Source: an uncultured Pseudomonadota bacterium (GTDB taxonomy: Bacteria > Myxococcota_A > Polyangia > Fen-1088). From it: a stretch of DNA of 64,000 nucleotides. Location of the stretch: NCBI GenBank assembly GCA_963847705.1, contig CAWKBC010000021.1:96001-160000 (forward strand). Direction: 5' to 3'. A program made the position numbers and the translations under genes. Positions 39,801 through 49,596 of the stretch are shown here, piece by piece (positions within the stretch are counted from its first letter, which is position 1; every line of letters starts with the position of its first letter). The notes below the pieces were generated by a model. It saw nothing but the letters and a program-made list of their open reading frames with translations, did no database searches and had not been told where the DNA came from.

Positions 39801-41168
39801 TCATTCCGAAGTTGGCCCAGGTCCCGGAAGCGGAACACTGACACAAATGGTCGTGCCTCGCCCCGGAGAGGACTCGACGGTCACCGAGCCTCCAACGAGA
39901 TGGGTGCGCTCGCGGATCCCCACCAGCCCGACCTGACCGTCCGAGAGGGGCTCAGAAGGGTCGAATCCTCTTCCATCGTCCTCGATCACCAGGCGCACCT
40001 CGTTCGGATTCCGGTGAATGAGGACGCTGACTGACTTGGGCGAGGCGTGCTTGCCGGCGTTCGTCAGCGCCTCCTGGACAACTCTGTAAAGAGCGATCTC
40101 GACTGCTCCGGGAAGGCGAGGCAGACGTGGACCGGTGGCGTCGACGTCCACCACGAAGCCATTGGCGCGGCTCACCTCCTGGCCCAACCGTTCGAGCGCC
40201 TCCTGGAGCCCGAGATTGTCGAGCACGCTCGGGCGAAGCCCTCGAGAGATGCGCTTGACTCCTTCCAGGGCGGCCGAGACCAGCCTGCGCAGTCCGCTCG
40301 TTCCACTCAGCGCCTGGGGGAGATCCCGTGATTCCTCGATCGACCGGAGGCCGACCAGGAGGGACGTCAGGGCCTGGGCCGTCTCATCGTGCAGCTCGCG
40401 GGCGATTCGTCGTCGCTCCACCTCCTGCGCGGTGAGGACCTCCTTCAGCAACGAGCGGACGGCCTCGTCGGCGTAGTGTCTCTCGGTGATGTCGCGGCTG
40501 GTGCTGACGTATCCGATTCGCCTTCCATCGCCGTCGAGAATGGAGGCGACGCGCGATTCCAGGTGAACGCGCCTTCCGTCGTCTCGCTCGTACGTCAGCT
40601 CGCCGCGGAAGCTTCCCGTCTCGACCAGCGTGTGGAGCGCCACGGCGCGTTCGGCCTCGACGAAGCCCGTGCGAAAGATGAGCGCGAGAGGCTGCCCGAG
40701 CACCTCGTCGGCCGGTCTTCCAAAGATCGTCTCGGCGGCCCCATTCCACCCCGTCAGGACAAAGGTTTCGTCGCAGGTGATCACGGCGTCCGTGACGGTC
40801 GCCAGCACGAGATCGAGGTAGCCTGCCTGGGCTTCGGGTCTTCGACGGTCGGTGACATCGACCATGGCGTTCAATGACGCCGGTCGCCCGCGGAAGGTGA
40901 CCTCGAACGAGGTGACCTTCACGTCGATGAGCGCGCCGTCCTTCTTCCGATGTTTCGAGAATTCATTGGGCTCGTCGGTCACCGCGAGATCGCCGACGGT
41001 GAGCGCGAGAAACTCGTCGCGGGCGTATCCGTAGTGGAGCAGCGCGGCCTGATTGACGGCGACGACCTTCAGGTCCTGGTGGATCCACATGGGATGGCCG
41101 CTCTCCTCGAACAGCCGGCGAAGGTCCGCCTGCGCTTCCGACCAACCAGTCACGACCATCTCCTCCAT
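39801..41168 (-). CDS. PAS-PAS HisKA_3 sensor kinase (copy 3, intact, no cognate regulator adjacent)
   Basis: Colinear with 15483..16874 (GWSEAQAD, RIARELHD, QEALTNAGKHA). Confidence 0.93.
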   Translation of the reverse strand: MEEMVVTGWSEAQADLRRLFEESGHPMWIHQDLKVVAVNQAALLHYGYARDEFLALTVGDLAVTDEPNEFSKHRKKDGALIDVKVTSFEVTFRGRPASLNAMVDVTDRRRPEAQAGYLDLVLATVTDAVITCDETFVLTGWNGAAETIFGRPADEVLGQPLALIFRTGFVEAERAVALHTLVETGSFRGELTYERDDGRRVHLESRVASILDGDGRRIGYVSTSRDITERHYADEAVRSLLKEVLTAQEVERRRIARELHDETAQALTSLLVGLRSIEESRDLPQALSGTSGLRRLVSAALEGVKRISRGLRPSVLDNLGLQEALERLGQEVSRANGFVVDVDATGPRLPRLPGAVEIALYRVVQEALTNAGKHASPKSVSVLIHRNPNEVRLVIEDDGRGFDPSEPLSDGQVGLVGIRERTHLVGGSVTVESSPGRGTTICVSVPLPGPGPTSE

Positions 41169-41284
41169 CGTCGGATCCCGGCAGTACTATTGCCGATCGA
41201 GGCGCGCGGCGCTGCCGAATTCGGAAGCGCGGCAAGGAGCGTCGTCTGAGCTCGCGCTGAAGGCGGGCTCGCTCCGGGAGCGTT

Positions 41285-41512
41285 CCGGGGCAGCCGCATC
41301 ACGAAGGTCGTCGTGCCGCGAACAGAGCGCGCGTCCAGCGTGCCACCGCTCTCCTGCGCCCGAGTCGTCGCGGCGACCAGGTGCCGGTTCGCTTCGCGAA
41401 GATCTTCGGCGGTCTGTCGAGCCGCCTCGCGGAGCCGCACCGTCTCGGCGGCGCTGGCGTCAACCCTGGCGGCGGAAGCCCGGAGGGCATCCAAGGCCTC
41501 CTTGCTCTCGGT
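41285..41512 (-). pseudogene. Internally deleted remnant of a 36402..37700-type kinase
   Basis: TESKEALDALRA..DLREANRHLVAATTRAQE|SGGTLDARSVRGTTTFVMRLPR matches both flanks of the intact paralog. Confidence 0.75.
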
Positions 41513-41651
41513 GGGGGCCCGGATGCCGGCAGCGCTGTAAACATGGCCCAGGGAAACGCGATGGCCTGGGGGACCGAATCCGAGATCCGCGTAGGAATCG
41601 ACCTGCTCATGATCGCCCGTCGCGTACGCGGATCTGGTCCACACTTCTCGA

Positions 41652-43997
41652 ATGCCTCCCCGTGACGCGCTCCTCGTCTCGTCGCCGGCCGATACGGTCG
41701 GGCTGTCCAGCGACGAAGCCGGCCGCCGGTTGCGGGAGCTCGGGCCCAACTCCATGCCCGACGCTTCGGTCCACCCGATCCGCAGCGCGCTGGGCAAGTT
41801 CTGGGCACCTGTTCCCTGGATGCTCGAGCTCGTCATCGTCGTCGAGCTCGTTCTCCGGGACTATGTCGAGGCCGCGGTCATCGCGGTCCTCCTGATCTTC
41901 AATGCCGCCCTCAGCTTTCTTCAGCAGAGCCATGCCCAGGCCACGCTGACGGCCCTGAAGTCGCGGCTTGCGCTGACGGCGTCCGTCCATCGGGACGGCG
42001 TCTGGAAGATCGTGCCTGCAGCCAACCTGGTGGTCGGCGACGTCATCAAGCTGTCGCTCGGTGCGGTGGTCGCCGCGGACGTCCGCCTCCTGGAAGGTTC
42101 AGTCCTGATCGACCAGTCCATGCTCACCGGAGAATCCGTACCGATTGAAGGAAGTCCGGGCCTTCAGACGTACGCTGGGGCGCTCGTGCGGCGCGGCGAA
42201 GCGGTGGCCGAGGTCATCGCCACGGGGACCCGCACGAAATTCGGACGCACCGCCGAGCTGGTCCGCACCGCTCACGTCACGAGCACGCAGCAAAAGGTGG
42301 TGTTCCGGGTGGTCCGCAATCTCGCCATCTTCAACAGCGGCGTCATCGTCTTGCTGGCGTCATACGCGCTGCTCCACGCGATGCCGCTGCGGGAGCTGAT
42401 CCCCCTGCTCCTCACGGCCGTTCTCTCTTCGATCCCGGTGGCGCTGCCAGCGACCTTCACGCTCGCCGCCGCCATCGGCGCCAAGACGCTGGCCAAGCTG
42501 GGCGTCCTGCCAACCCGCCTCTCCGCCGTCGACGAAGCGGCGACGATGGACGTGCTTTGCGTCGACAAGACCGGGACCCTGACCCGGAACGCGCTGACGG
42601 TCACGGACGTTCGGATCCTGGACGGATCGAACGAGGCGCGCGTTCTGGGGTTGGCGGCTCTGGCCAGCTCCGAGGGCGGGCAGGATTCGGTGGACGCGGC
42701 GATCCGCTCCGCGGCCTCTCGCCAGAGTGCCGTCGATTTGCCGAAGCTGACCCGGTTCGTCCCGTTCGATCCGGCCAGCAAGAGGTCCGAGGCTGAGGCG
42801 ACGGGCATCGATGGCGCGCGATGGCGAATCGTCAAAGGGGCGTTCAGCGTCGTTCAGGACCTCGCGCTCCCCGATCCGAATGCGGCCGGCGTCGCCAGCG
42901 AGCTGGAAACGAAGGGATACCGGGTCCTGGCGCTCGCGGCGGGTCCGGAGAAGACGCTGCGTCTCGCCGGCCTCATCGCGCTCAGCGATCCTCCCCGCGC
43001 CGATTCGGCCGGCCTGATCACGCAGCTGCGGACCCTGGGCGTCCGTACCATCATGGTCACCGGTGATGCGCCGGTGACGGCCGGCATCGTCGCCCGGGCG
43101 GTCGGCCTGGAAGGAGCGGTCTGCCCCTCCGGGACGATTCCAGCGGGGGTGCGGCCGGACAGCTTCGCGGTCTTCGCCGGGGTTCTTCCGGAGGACAAGT
43201 ATCACCTGGTCCAGGAGCTTCAGAAAGGCGGTCACACCGTCGGGATGTGCGGCGACGGGGCCAACGACGCCCCGGCCCTCCGCCAGGCGCAGATGGGGAT
43301 CGCCGTCTCCACCGCCACGGACGTCGCCAAGTCCGCGGCTGGGATCGTCCTGACGGAGCCGGGGCTCGGTGGGATCGTCGCGTCGGTCAAGGAGGGCCGG
43401 ACCATCTTCCAGCGCATCCTGACCTACGTCCTCAAATCGGTGACGCACAAGTTCCTGGGGGCGCTCTTCCTGCTGGCCGGAATTCTCATGACCGGACACG
43501 CCGTCCTCACGCCCCTGTTGCTCGTGATCTCGATGATCACCGGCGACTTCCTGTCGATGCTGGCGACCACCGACAACGTGAGGATCTCCAAGGATCCCAG
43601 CCTCTGGAACGTCGGACATCTGACCGTCGGGGGGATCTGCCTCGGTGTCTGCGACCTGGCGTTCTGTACGGGCGTCCTGGCCGTCGGAAAGTATCGCCTG
43701 GGCTTTGACGTCGGGGAGCTGCAAACGTTGTCGATCGTGACGCTCATCTTCAGCGGGCAAGCGATCCTCTACACCGTGCGCGAGCGGCGTCATCTCTGGA
43801 GCTCGCGTCCGAGCACCTGGCTGATGGCTGCTTCGGTCACCGATCTGCTCGTCATCGGGATCCTCGCGACGCGTGGGATCCTCATGAAGCCGCTGCCCGT
43901 TGCCCTGGTGGGTCTCCTTCTCGCGCTGACCGTCGTCTTCTGTCTTCTCCTCGATCTGATCAAGGTCAGAGTCTTTCGCCGTCTGCAGATCGTGTGA
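41652..43997 (+). CDS. P-type ATPase, plasma-membrane H+-ATPase (type IIIA) like
   Basis: FWAPVPWMLE, LTGES, SIPVALP, DKTGTLT, PFDP, GDGAND, TTDN. Confidence 0.9.
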   Translation: MPPRDALLVSSPADTVGLSSDEAGRRLRELGPNSMPDASVHPIRSALGKFWAPVPWMLELVIVVELVLRDYVEAAVIAVLLIFNAALSFLQQSHAQATLTALKSRLALTASVHRDGVWKIVPAANLVVGDVIKLSLGAVVAADVRLLEGSVLIDQSMLTGESVPIEGSPGLQTYAGALVRRGEAVAEVIATGTRTKFGRTAELVRTAHVTSTQQKVVFRVVRNLAIFNSGVIVLLASYALLHAMPLRELIPLLLTAVLSSIPVALPATFTLAAAIGAKTLAKLGVLPTRLSAVDEAATMDVLCVDKTGTLTRNALTVTDVRILDGSNEARVLGLAALASSEGGQDSVDAAIRSAASRQSAVDLPKLTRFVPFDPASKRSEAEATGIDGARWRIVKGAFSVVQDLALPDPNAAGVASELETKGYRVLALAAGPEKTLRLAGLIALSDPPRADSAGLITQLRTLGVRTIMVTGDAPVTAGIVARAVGLEGAVCPSGTIPAGVRPDSFAVFAGVLPEDKYHLVQELQKGGHTVGMCGDGANDAPALRQAQMGIAVSTATDVAKSAAGIVLTEPGLGGIVASVKEGRTIFQRILTYVLKSVTHKFLGALFLLAGILMTGHAVLTPLLLVISMITGDFLSMLATTDNVRISKDPSLWNVGHLTVGGICLGVCDLAFCTGVLAVGKYRLGFDVGELQTLSIVTLIFSGQAILYTVRERRHLWSSRPSTWLMAASVTDLLVIGILATRGILMKPLPVALVGLLLALTVVFCLLLDLIKVRVFRRLQIV

Positions 43998-44102
43998 GGG
44001 GCGTCGACAAGAGGGGCAGGGCGGCTTCAGGCGCGACGTTGTCGGGCATCGTTCGCGGCGCTCAGGGATCGCCAAGATGTGACGAATCGTGAGAGGCGAC
44101 TC

Positions 44103-44630
44103 CTAGGCGGCCAAGTCACGAGCCTTGGGCGCCAGCGGCGTGAAGTGGGGAACCGGGTCGTGATGATGGCTCTTGCCGAGGAGAGCCGTCGCCTTCTTGA
44201 TGCACCATCGAATCGGCCTCACCCAGAGGCTGGGTGTGCCGCAGCTCTCGCAGCCAAAGAGCGGGCGCACGTCCGCCAGGATGGCATAGGCCACGTCGAG
44301 GACGAGCTGGAAGGGTCGAAACCCGAACAGGCTGATGGCAAAACACCAGGCGAACCATTGGGTCTCGTCAAGAGTCCGGAGCACCTCGGCGACGGCTTCC
44401 CCGCCGAGCTTCATCGAGCCGTCGGGCATCAAAAGGTGGATCGTGGCGTAGGCGTCCCAGATGTCGAGCTCCGGATTGAGCGCTCGCAGCGCCTCGGGAT
44501 CGTCGCCAATCGGCCGTTCGATGAGGCTCGTCTCGCCCGAGGGACTCTGGGCAGCCCTCTCGACCCAGCGGGCGATGTGGCGGCAGACGCCGCACTCGCC
44601 GTTGAACAGGAGGACGGGCTTGGCGGCTAT
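44103..44630 (-). CDS. DCC1-like (DUF393) thiol-disulfide oxidoreductase, non-canonical ATA start
   Basis: Frame extends upstream of the tracked ORF to ATA-AAKPVLLFNGECGVCRHIARW; ATA overlaps the thioredoxin TAG. Confidence 0.65.
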   Translation of the reverse strand: MAAKPVLLFNGECGVCRHIARWVERAAQSPSGETSLIERPIGDDPEALRALNPELDIWDAYATIHLLMPDGSMKLGGEAVAEVLRTLDETQWFAWCFAISLFGFRPFQLVLDVAYAILADVRPLFGCESCGTPSLWVRPIRWCIKKATALLGKSHHHDPVPHFTPLAPKARDLAA

Positions 44631-45001
44631 GAGTCGAATGGCTGCGTCACCGCTGTGAGGACGCTCTCGAAATCGGGATGAGGGCCGTCGACGCGCCGAA
44701 TCTCCCGGCCGTTCAGAAACATGATCAAGGTGGGGGTGCCATTGATGCCGTAGCTCTCGGCGAGGCCCTCCTCGACGGCAATATTGACCCGGAAGATCCG
44801 CTCTTTGGCCCCGACGCGTGTCGCCACTTGCTGCAGGATCGGCTCCAGGGTGCGGCAGTGCGCGCAGCCGTAAGACATGAACTCGACAGCAATGGGACCT
44901 TCTCCCGCCAGGACCAGGGACGCGAAGGTATCGCCGGTGACGGTCTGTATCGCGTCACGACCGCGCGCAGGGGGAGAACTCGCTTCAGTCCTGTCGATCA
45001 T
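44627..45001 (-). CDS. Thioredoxin family protein
   Basis: AVEFMSYGCAHC, INGTPTLIMFLNG (cis-Pro); start uncertain. Confidence 0.85.
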   Translation of the reverse strand: MIDRTEASSPPARGRDAIQTVTGDTFASLVLAGEGPIAVEFMSYGCAHCRTLEPILQQVATRVGAKERIFRVNIAVEEGLAESYGINGTPTLIMFLNGREIRRVDGPHPDFESVLTAVTQPFDS

Positions 45002-45135
45002 GCGTACCCCTGAGATAGGCACGATTTCGGTGGGCGAATCGGGGAAGGTCGATCTTTTCATGTCTAGGTTGGGACATGAGCACCCACGCCATGATGAGCG
45101 AAGGCCTGAACATCCTCCCAACGGGACGGCGGCAA

Positions 45136-45417
45136 ATGATGGCGAAGGTCAGTCGGCTGGTGGCATTCGGCGGCTTCCTTGCCATGCCGGCGAGCGGATA
45201 CGCCCAGTCGCCGCCCGGGCCGCCCCCCGACGAAGGCAGAGGGGATGTCGCGAAGGTGCATGTGGCCTGCGCGGCCGACGCCGATCGATTCTGCAAGGAC
45301 GCCAAGGCTGGGCATGGCCATGTCCGCGCATGCCTCAAGGCTCACGCGGCGGAGCTCTCCGACGGTTGCAAGGCTGCGCTCCAGGAAGCGCACGAGCACC
45401 GTCACCCGCACGGATGA
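45136..45417 (+). CDS. Exported Cys-rich repeat protein (Cys_rich_FGFR-like)
   Basis: Signal peptide; ACAADADRFC..GHVRACLKAH...LSDGC. Confidence 0.8.
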   Translation: MMAKVSRLVAFGGFLAMPASGYAQSPPGPPPDEGRGDVAKVHVACAADADRFCKDAKAGHGHVRACLKAHAAELSDGCKAALQEAHEHRHPHG

Positions 45418-45422
45418 TCGCC

Positions 45423-46205
45423 TCACTGGTTCTGGGCGGTTGACGGCGCGGCCGGATCCTGACGGTAGAACTGTTGGAGCTGAAGATAGAGCTCCGGGTA
45501 TTTCGAGCGCAGCTGGCGCGGCTTCTCGAAGAACGTCTCGGTCACCACGGCAAAGAACTCGGCCGGGCTGGTCGCCCCGTAGCGATCGATGAGCGTGCGA
45601 TGGTGGTGCTGGGTGTCGCGCACCAGCTGATCGAAGTCGTGGCCCAGCACCCGCGTCCAGGCGAGGTACATGGAGCGCTGGGGAAGGATCGGCGCGCCGT
45701 CTCCCACGCCGTCCTCTTGATCCAGCTGGTGGGCGAACTCGTGCAGCACGACGTTGTGTCCGTCGTGGATGTCCGAGGCGCCCGACAGCACGCTGTCCCA
45801 GGCCAGGACCACCACGTCGCGCGTCCACGATTCGCCCAGGCGGGCCTGCGGCGTCTCATCGGAGAGGCCATTCGCCGCCGGCCGGCCGCCCGGCACGAGA
45901 TAGGTCGACGGATAGACCAGGATGGAGACGAGGCGCGGGTAGTAGTCCGTCTGGCGGTGGAGGAGAAGCACGCAGGCCTGGGCGGCGATCGTGACGCGGA
46001 CCTCGTCGGTGATCGCCAGGCCGTCGCACCCCTCGAAGTGTTTCTCCGCCAGGAAGACCTGCACGTGTCCCAGAAGCTCCTGCCGATCCTCGAGCGGCAA
46101 GCCCGCCACATAGGGGACGTTCTTCTCCACGATCGCGCGCCAGGCCGCCGGAAAGACGCCGCGTCGGACGGCCTCCCGGCGCCGGCGTTTCAACCACCCG
46201 AACAT
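45423..46205 (-). CDS. MtfA/M90 zinc peptidase
   Basis: IAAQAC, GESW, NVVLHEFAHQLD, YGATSPAEFFAV. Confidence 0.92.
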   Translation of the reverse strand: MFGWLKRRRREAVRRGVFPAAWRAIVEKNVPYVAGLPLEDRQELLGHVQVFLAEKHFEGCDGLAITDEVRVTIAAQACVLLLHRQTDYYPRLVSILVYPSTYLVPGGRPAANGLSDETPQARLGESWTRDVVVLAWDSVLSGASDIHDGHNVVLHEFAHQLDQEDGVGDGAPILPQRSMYLAWTRVLGHDFDQLVRDTQHHHRTLIDRYGATSPAEFFAVVTETFFEKPRQLRSKYPELYLQLQQFYRQDPAAPSTAQNQ

Positions 46206-46217
46206 GGCGGCGCGACG

Positions 46218-46610
46218 TTAGGGCGTGGTGCCGCGACGCGGAAGGGGGTCGTGAAAGTACTGACGGATGTGCGCGACCAGCTGGCGATCCGTGGGGTGGT
46301 CGGCCGTCTCCAGGCCGACGATCCGCGGCTCCAGCGCGGGATCGTGCTTCTGTGTGTAGCGGACGAAGCGAAGCTTGGTGACGGACGGTCCAACGACCAG
46401 AACCTGATCAGCTCCCGCCAGCGCGGCCGCGACGGCCTGGAAGAACCGGTGCTCGTCGTCCGGATGATTGTGGGTGCGCGTCTCCTGATCCTTCGGATGA
46501 CGATGCACGTGGTGGTTGGGCGAATGGACGGTGGCCTCGTCGAAGGTCGCGGCGTCGACGTGAAAGATCTTGGCCTCGTCCTGGTCCATCCACACCGCCA
46601 TCTGTCGCAT
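46218..46610 (-). CDS. eRF1 domain-2-like (baeRF/translational machinery) protein
   Basis: AVWMD..AKIF, FFQAVAAAL..VLVVGP, VGLETADHPTDRQLVA. Confidence 0.75.
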   Translation of the reverse strand: MRQMAVWMDQDEAKIFHVDAATFDEATVHSPNHHVHRHPKDQETRTHNHPDDEHRFFQAVAAALAGADQVLVVGPSVTKLRFVRYTQKHDPALEPRIVGLETADHPTDRQLVAHIRQYFHDPLPRRGTTP

Positions 46611-46668
46611 GAAAACGTTCTAGCACAAACGATTCACCTGGGAGCCGTCCGCGCCCGGCATTCCATGG

Positions 46669-46706
46669 GTGAAGGGACGGTTCGTGAGTGAAGGGGACGG
46701 TTCGTG
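46669..46706. repeat. Tandem direct repeat GTGAAGGG(G)ACGGTTCGTG x2
   Basis: 46669-46686 and 46688-46706. Confidence 0.8.
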
Positions 46707-46763
46707 GAAGAGCGACGAGATGGTGAAGGCCGTCGAGATGGGCAACGGCAGTCGAATGTCAGC

Positions 46764-46791
46764 CGACGTGCGGCGCCTGAGCCGCACGTCG
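46764..46791 (-). terminator. Stem-loop after groEL (no U tract)
   Basis: CGACGTGCGGC-gcctga-GCCGCACGTCG, 11-bp stem just past the groEL stop. Confidence 0.5.
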
Positions 46792-46804
46792 TCGACCCGC
46801 CCAG

Positions 46805-48448
<1,644 letters not shown>

Positions 48449-48480
48449 CTAGCTCCGTTCTTTCGTGTCGTGACTTGTTG

Positions 48481-48665
48481 ATCGCGTCGAGGGAGGGCGA
48501 GCTAGCTCGCCCGAGCTCATCGCGGGGGGGGCGGGACCCTTTGAGGGTCCCGAACTTGTCAATCGCGTCGAGGGAGGGCGAGCTAGCTCGCCCGAGCTCA
48601 TCGCGGGGGGCGCGGGACCCTTTGAGGGTCCCGAACTGGTCAATCGCGTCGAGGAGGGCGAGCTA
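48481..48665. repeat. 81-bp tandem repeat (~2.3 copies) with two hairpins per unit, between groES and groEL
   Basis: Units start at 48481, 48562 and 48643; contain GGGCGAGCTAGCTCGCCC and CGGGACCCT-TTG-AGGGTCCCG. Confidence 0.9.
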
Positions 48666-48950
48666 CTCAATCACTGCGAGGACGTCGTCCTCGCGGAGGA
48701 TCAGGTGGTCGGTTCCGTCAATCTTGATCTCGTTGCCGGAGTACTTGGCGAACAGCACCTTGTCGCCCGCCTTGACCTCCAGCTTGCGGAGCAATCCGTC
48801 CTCCTGGACCTTTCCGTTTCCGACGGCGACGACGCGCGCCTCCATCGGCTTCTCTTTGGCGCTGTCGGGGATGAAGAGCCCGCCGGTCGTCTTGTGCTGC
48901 TCTTCCGTCCGCGTGACGAGAAGCCGGTCATAGAGGGGTCTGAGTTTCAT
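48663..48950 (-). CDS. groS: Co-chaperonin GroES
   Basis: [33 protein letters not shown]. Confidence 0.97.
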   Translation of the reverse strand: MKLRPLYDRLLVTRTEEQHKTTGGLFIPDSAKEKPMEARVVAVGNGKVQEDGLLRKLEVKAGDKVLFAKYSGNEIKIDGTDHLILREDDVLAVIE

Positions 48951-49095
48951 TTCGGTTTTGTCCTTGCTTGGGTCGTGTTCGGAGACCGTCGCCCGTCGGG
49001 GAGAGCTCACCGGCGCGGCTCGTCGGCCACTCGGCCAGCCCGTACCACTGCGGCTGGTCGTCGCGGCAAGGAGATAAACACCGCCGGGCGACCGT

Positions 49096-49122
49096 CAAGC
49101 AGTTGGCCGGCGAGAGTGCCAG
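49096..49122 (-). promoter_or_regulatory. Degenerate CIRCE-like element overlapping a TTGACG -35 candidate
   Basis: CTGGCACTC-N9-AACTGCTTG versus CIRCE TTAGCACTC-N9-GAGTGCTAA, upstream of groES. Confidence 0.4.
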
Positions 49123-49164
49123 AAAACCTGCTCATAGCGGTTTGATATCAGTCAGTTGAGAATC

Positions 49165-49596
49165 TTACGATTCCCCCGTCGGCCGGCCCCAGACCAGCCG
49201 CCCCTGCATGAAGACGGCGGCGACCATCTCCGGCTCCAGCGTCATGCGACGCCCGCGCTCGGGCGACAGCTGATGCTCGGCCAGGAGGTCGCGGAATCGG
49301 CGGAAGGTCAAGAAGCCGCCTTCGATGCCGTCGAAGCGCATCCCACCGAAGCCGACCCGCGCGGCGCCGGCGCCCTCGTCCGACGACACGATCTGATCCG
49401 TCGGGAGCGGCACGTGACGCCCATCGGCGAACCTCACGAAGGTCCCCGGCGGCCCGTTCTGGACGATTCGCAGGTTGGCCTTCAATCCGGATCGCTCGCC
49501 GGGTCGCTCGACGGGCGGATCCCTCTCGATCCGGCTTCCCCGAACGAACTCCACGATGCAGAAGGCGTCCATCTCGTTGTCGGGCGTTTGGGTCAT
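49165..49596 (-). CDS. Hypothetical protein
   Basis: ATGA overlap with the nitroreductase; coding-like codon usage. Confidence 0.65.
   Translation of the reverse strand: MTQTPDNEMDAFCIVEFVRGSRIERDPPVERPGERSGLKANLRIVQNGPPGTFVRFADGRHVPLPTDQIVSSDEGAGAARVGFGGMRFDGIEGGFLTFRRFRDLLAEHQLSPERGRRMTLEPEMVAAVFMQGRLVWGRPTGES

Noticed and set aside
48481-48665. CRISPR array, or a 73-aa ORF (48449..48670)
   Set aside because: Units are wholly repeated with no unique spacers and no cas genes; the ORF is open only because 81 is a multiple of 3.
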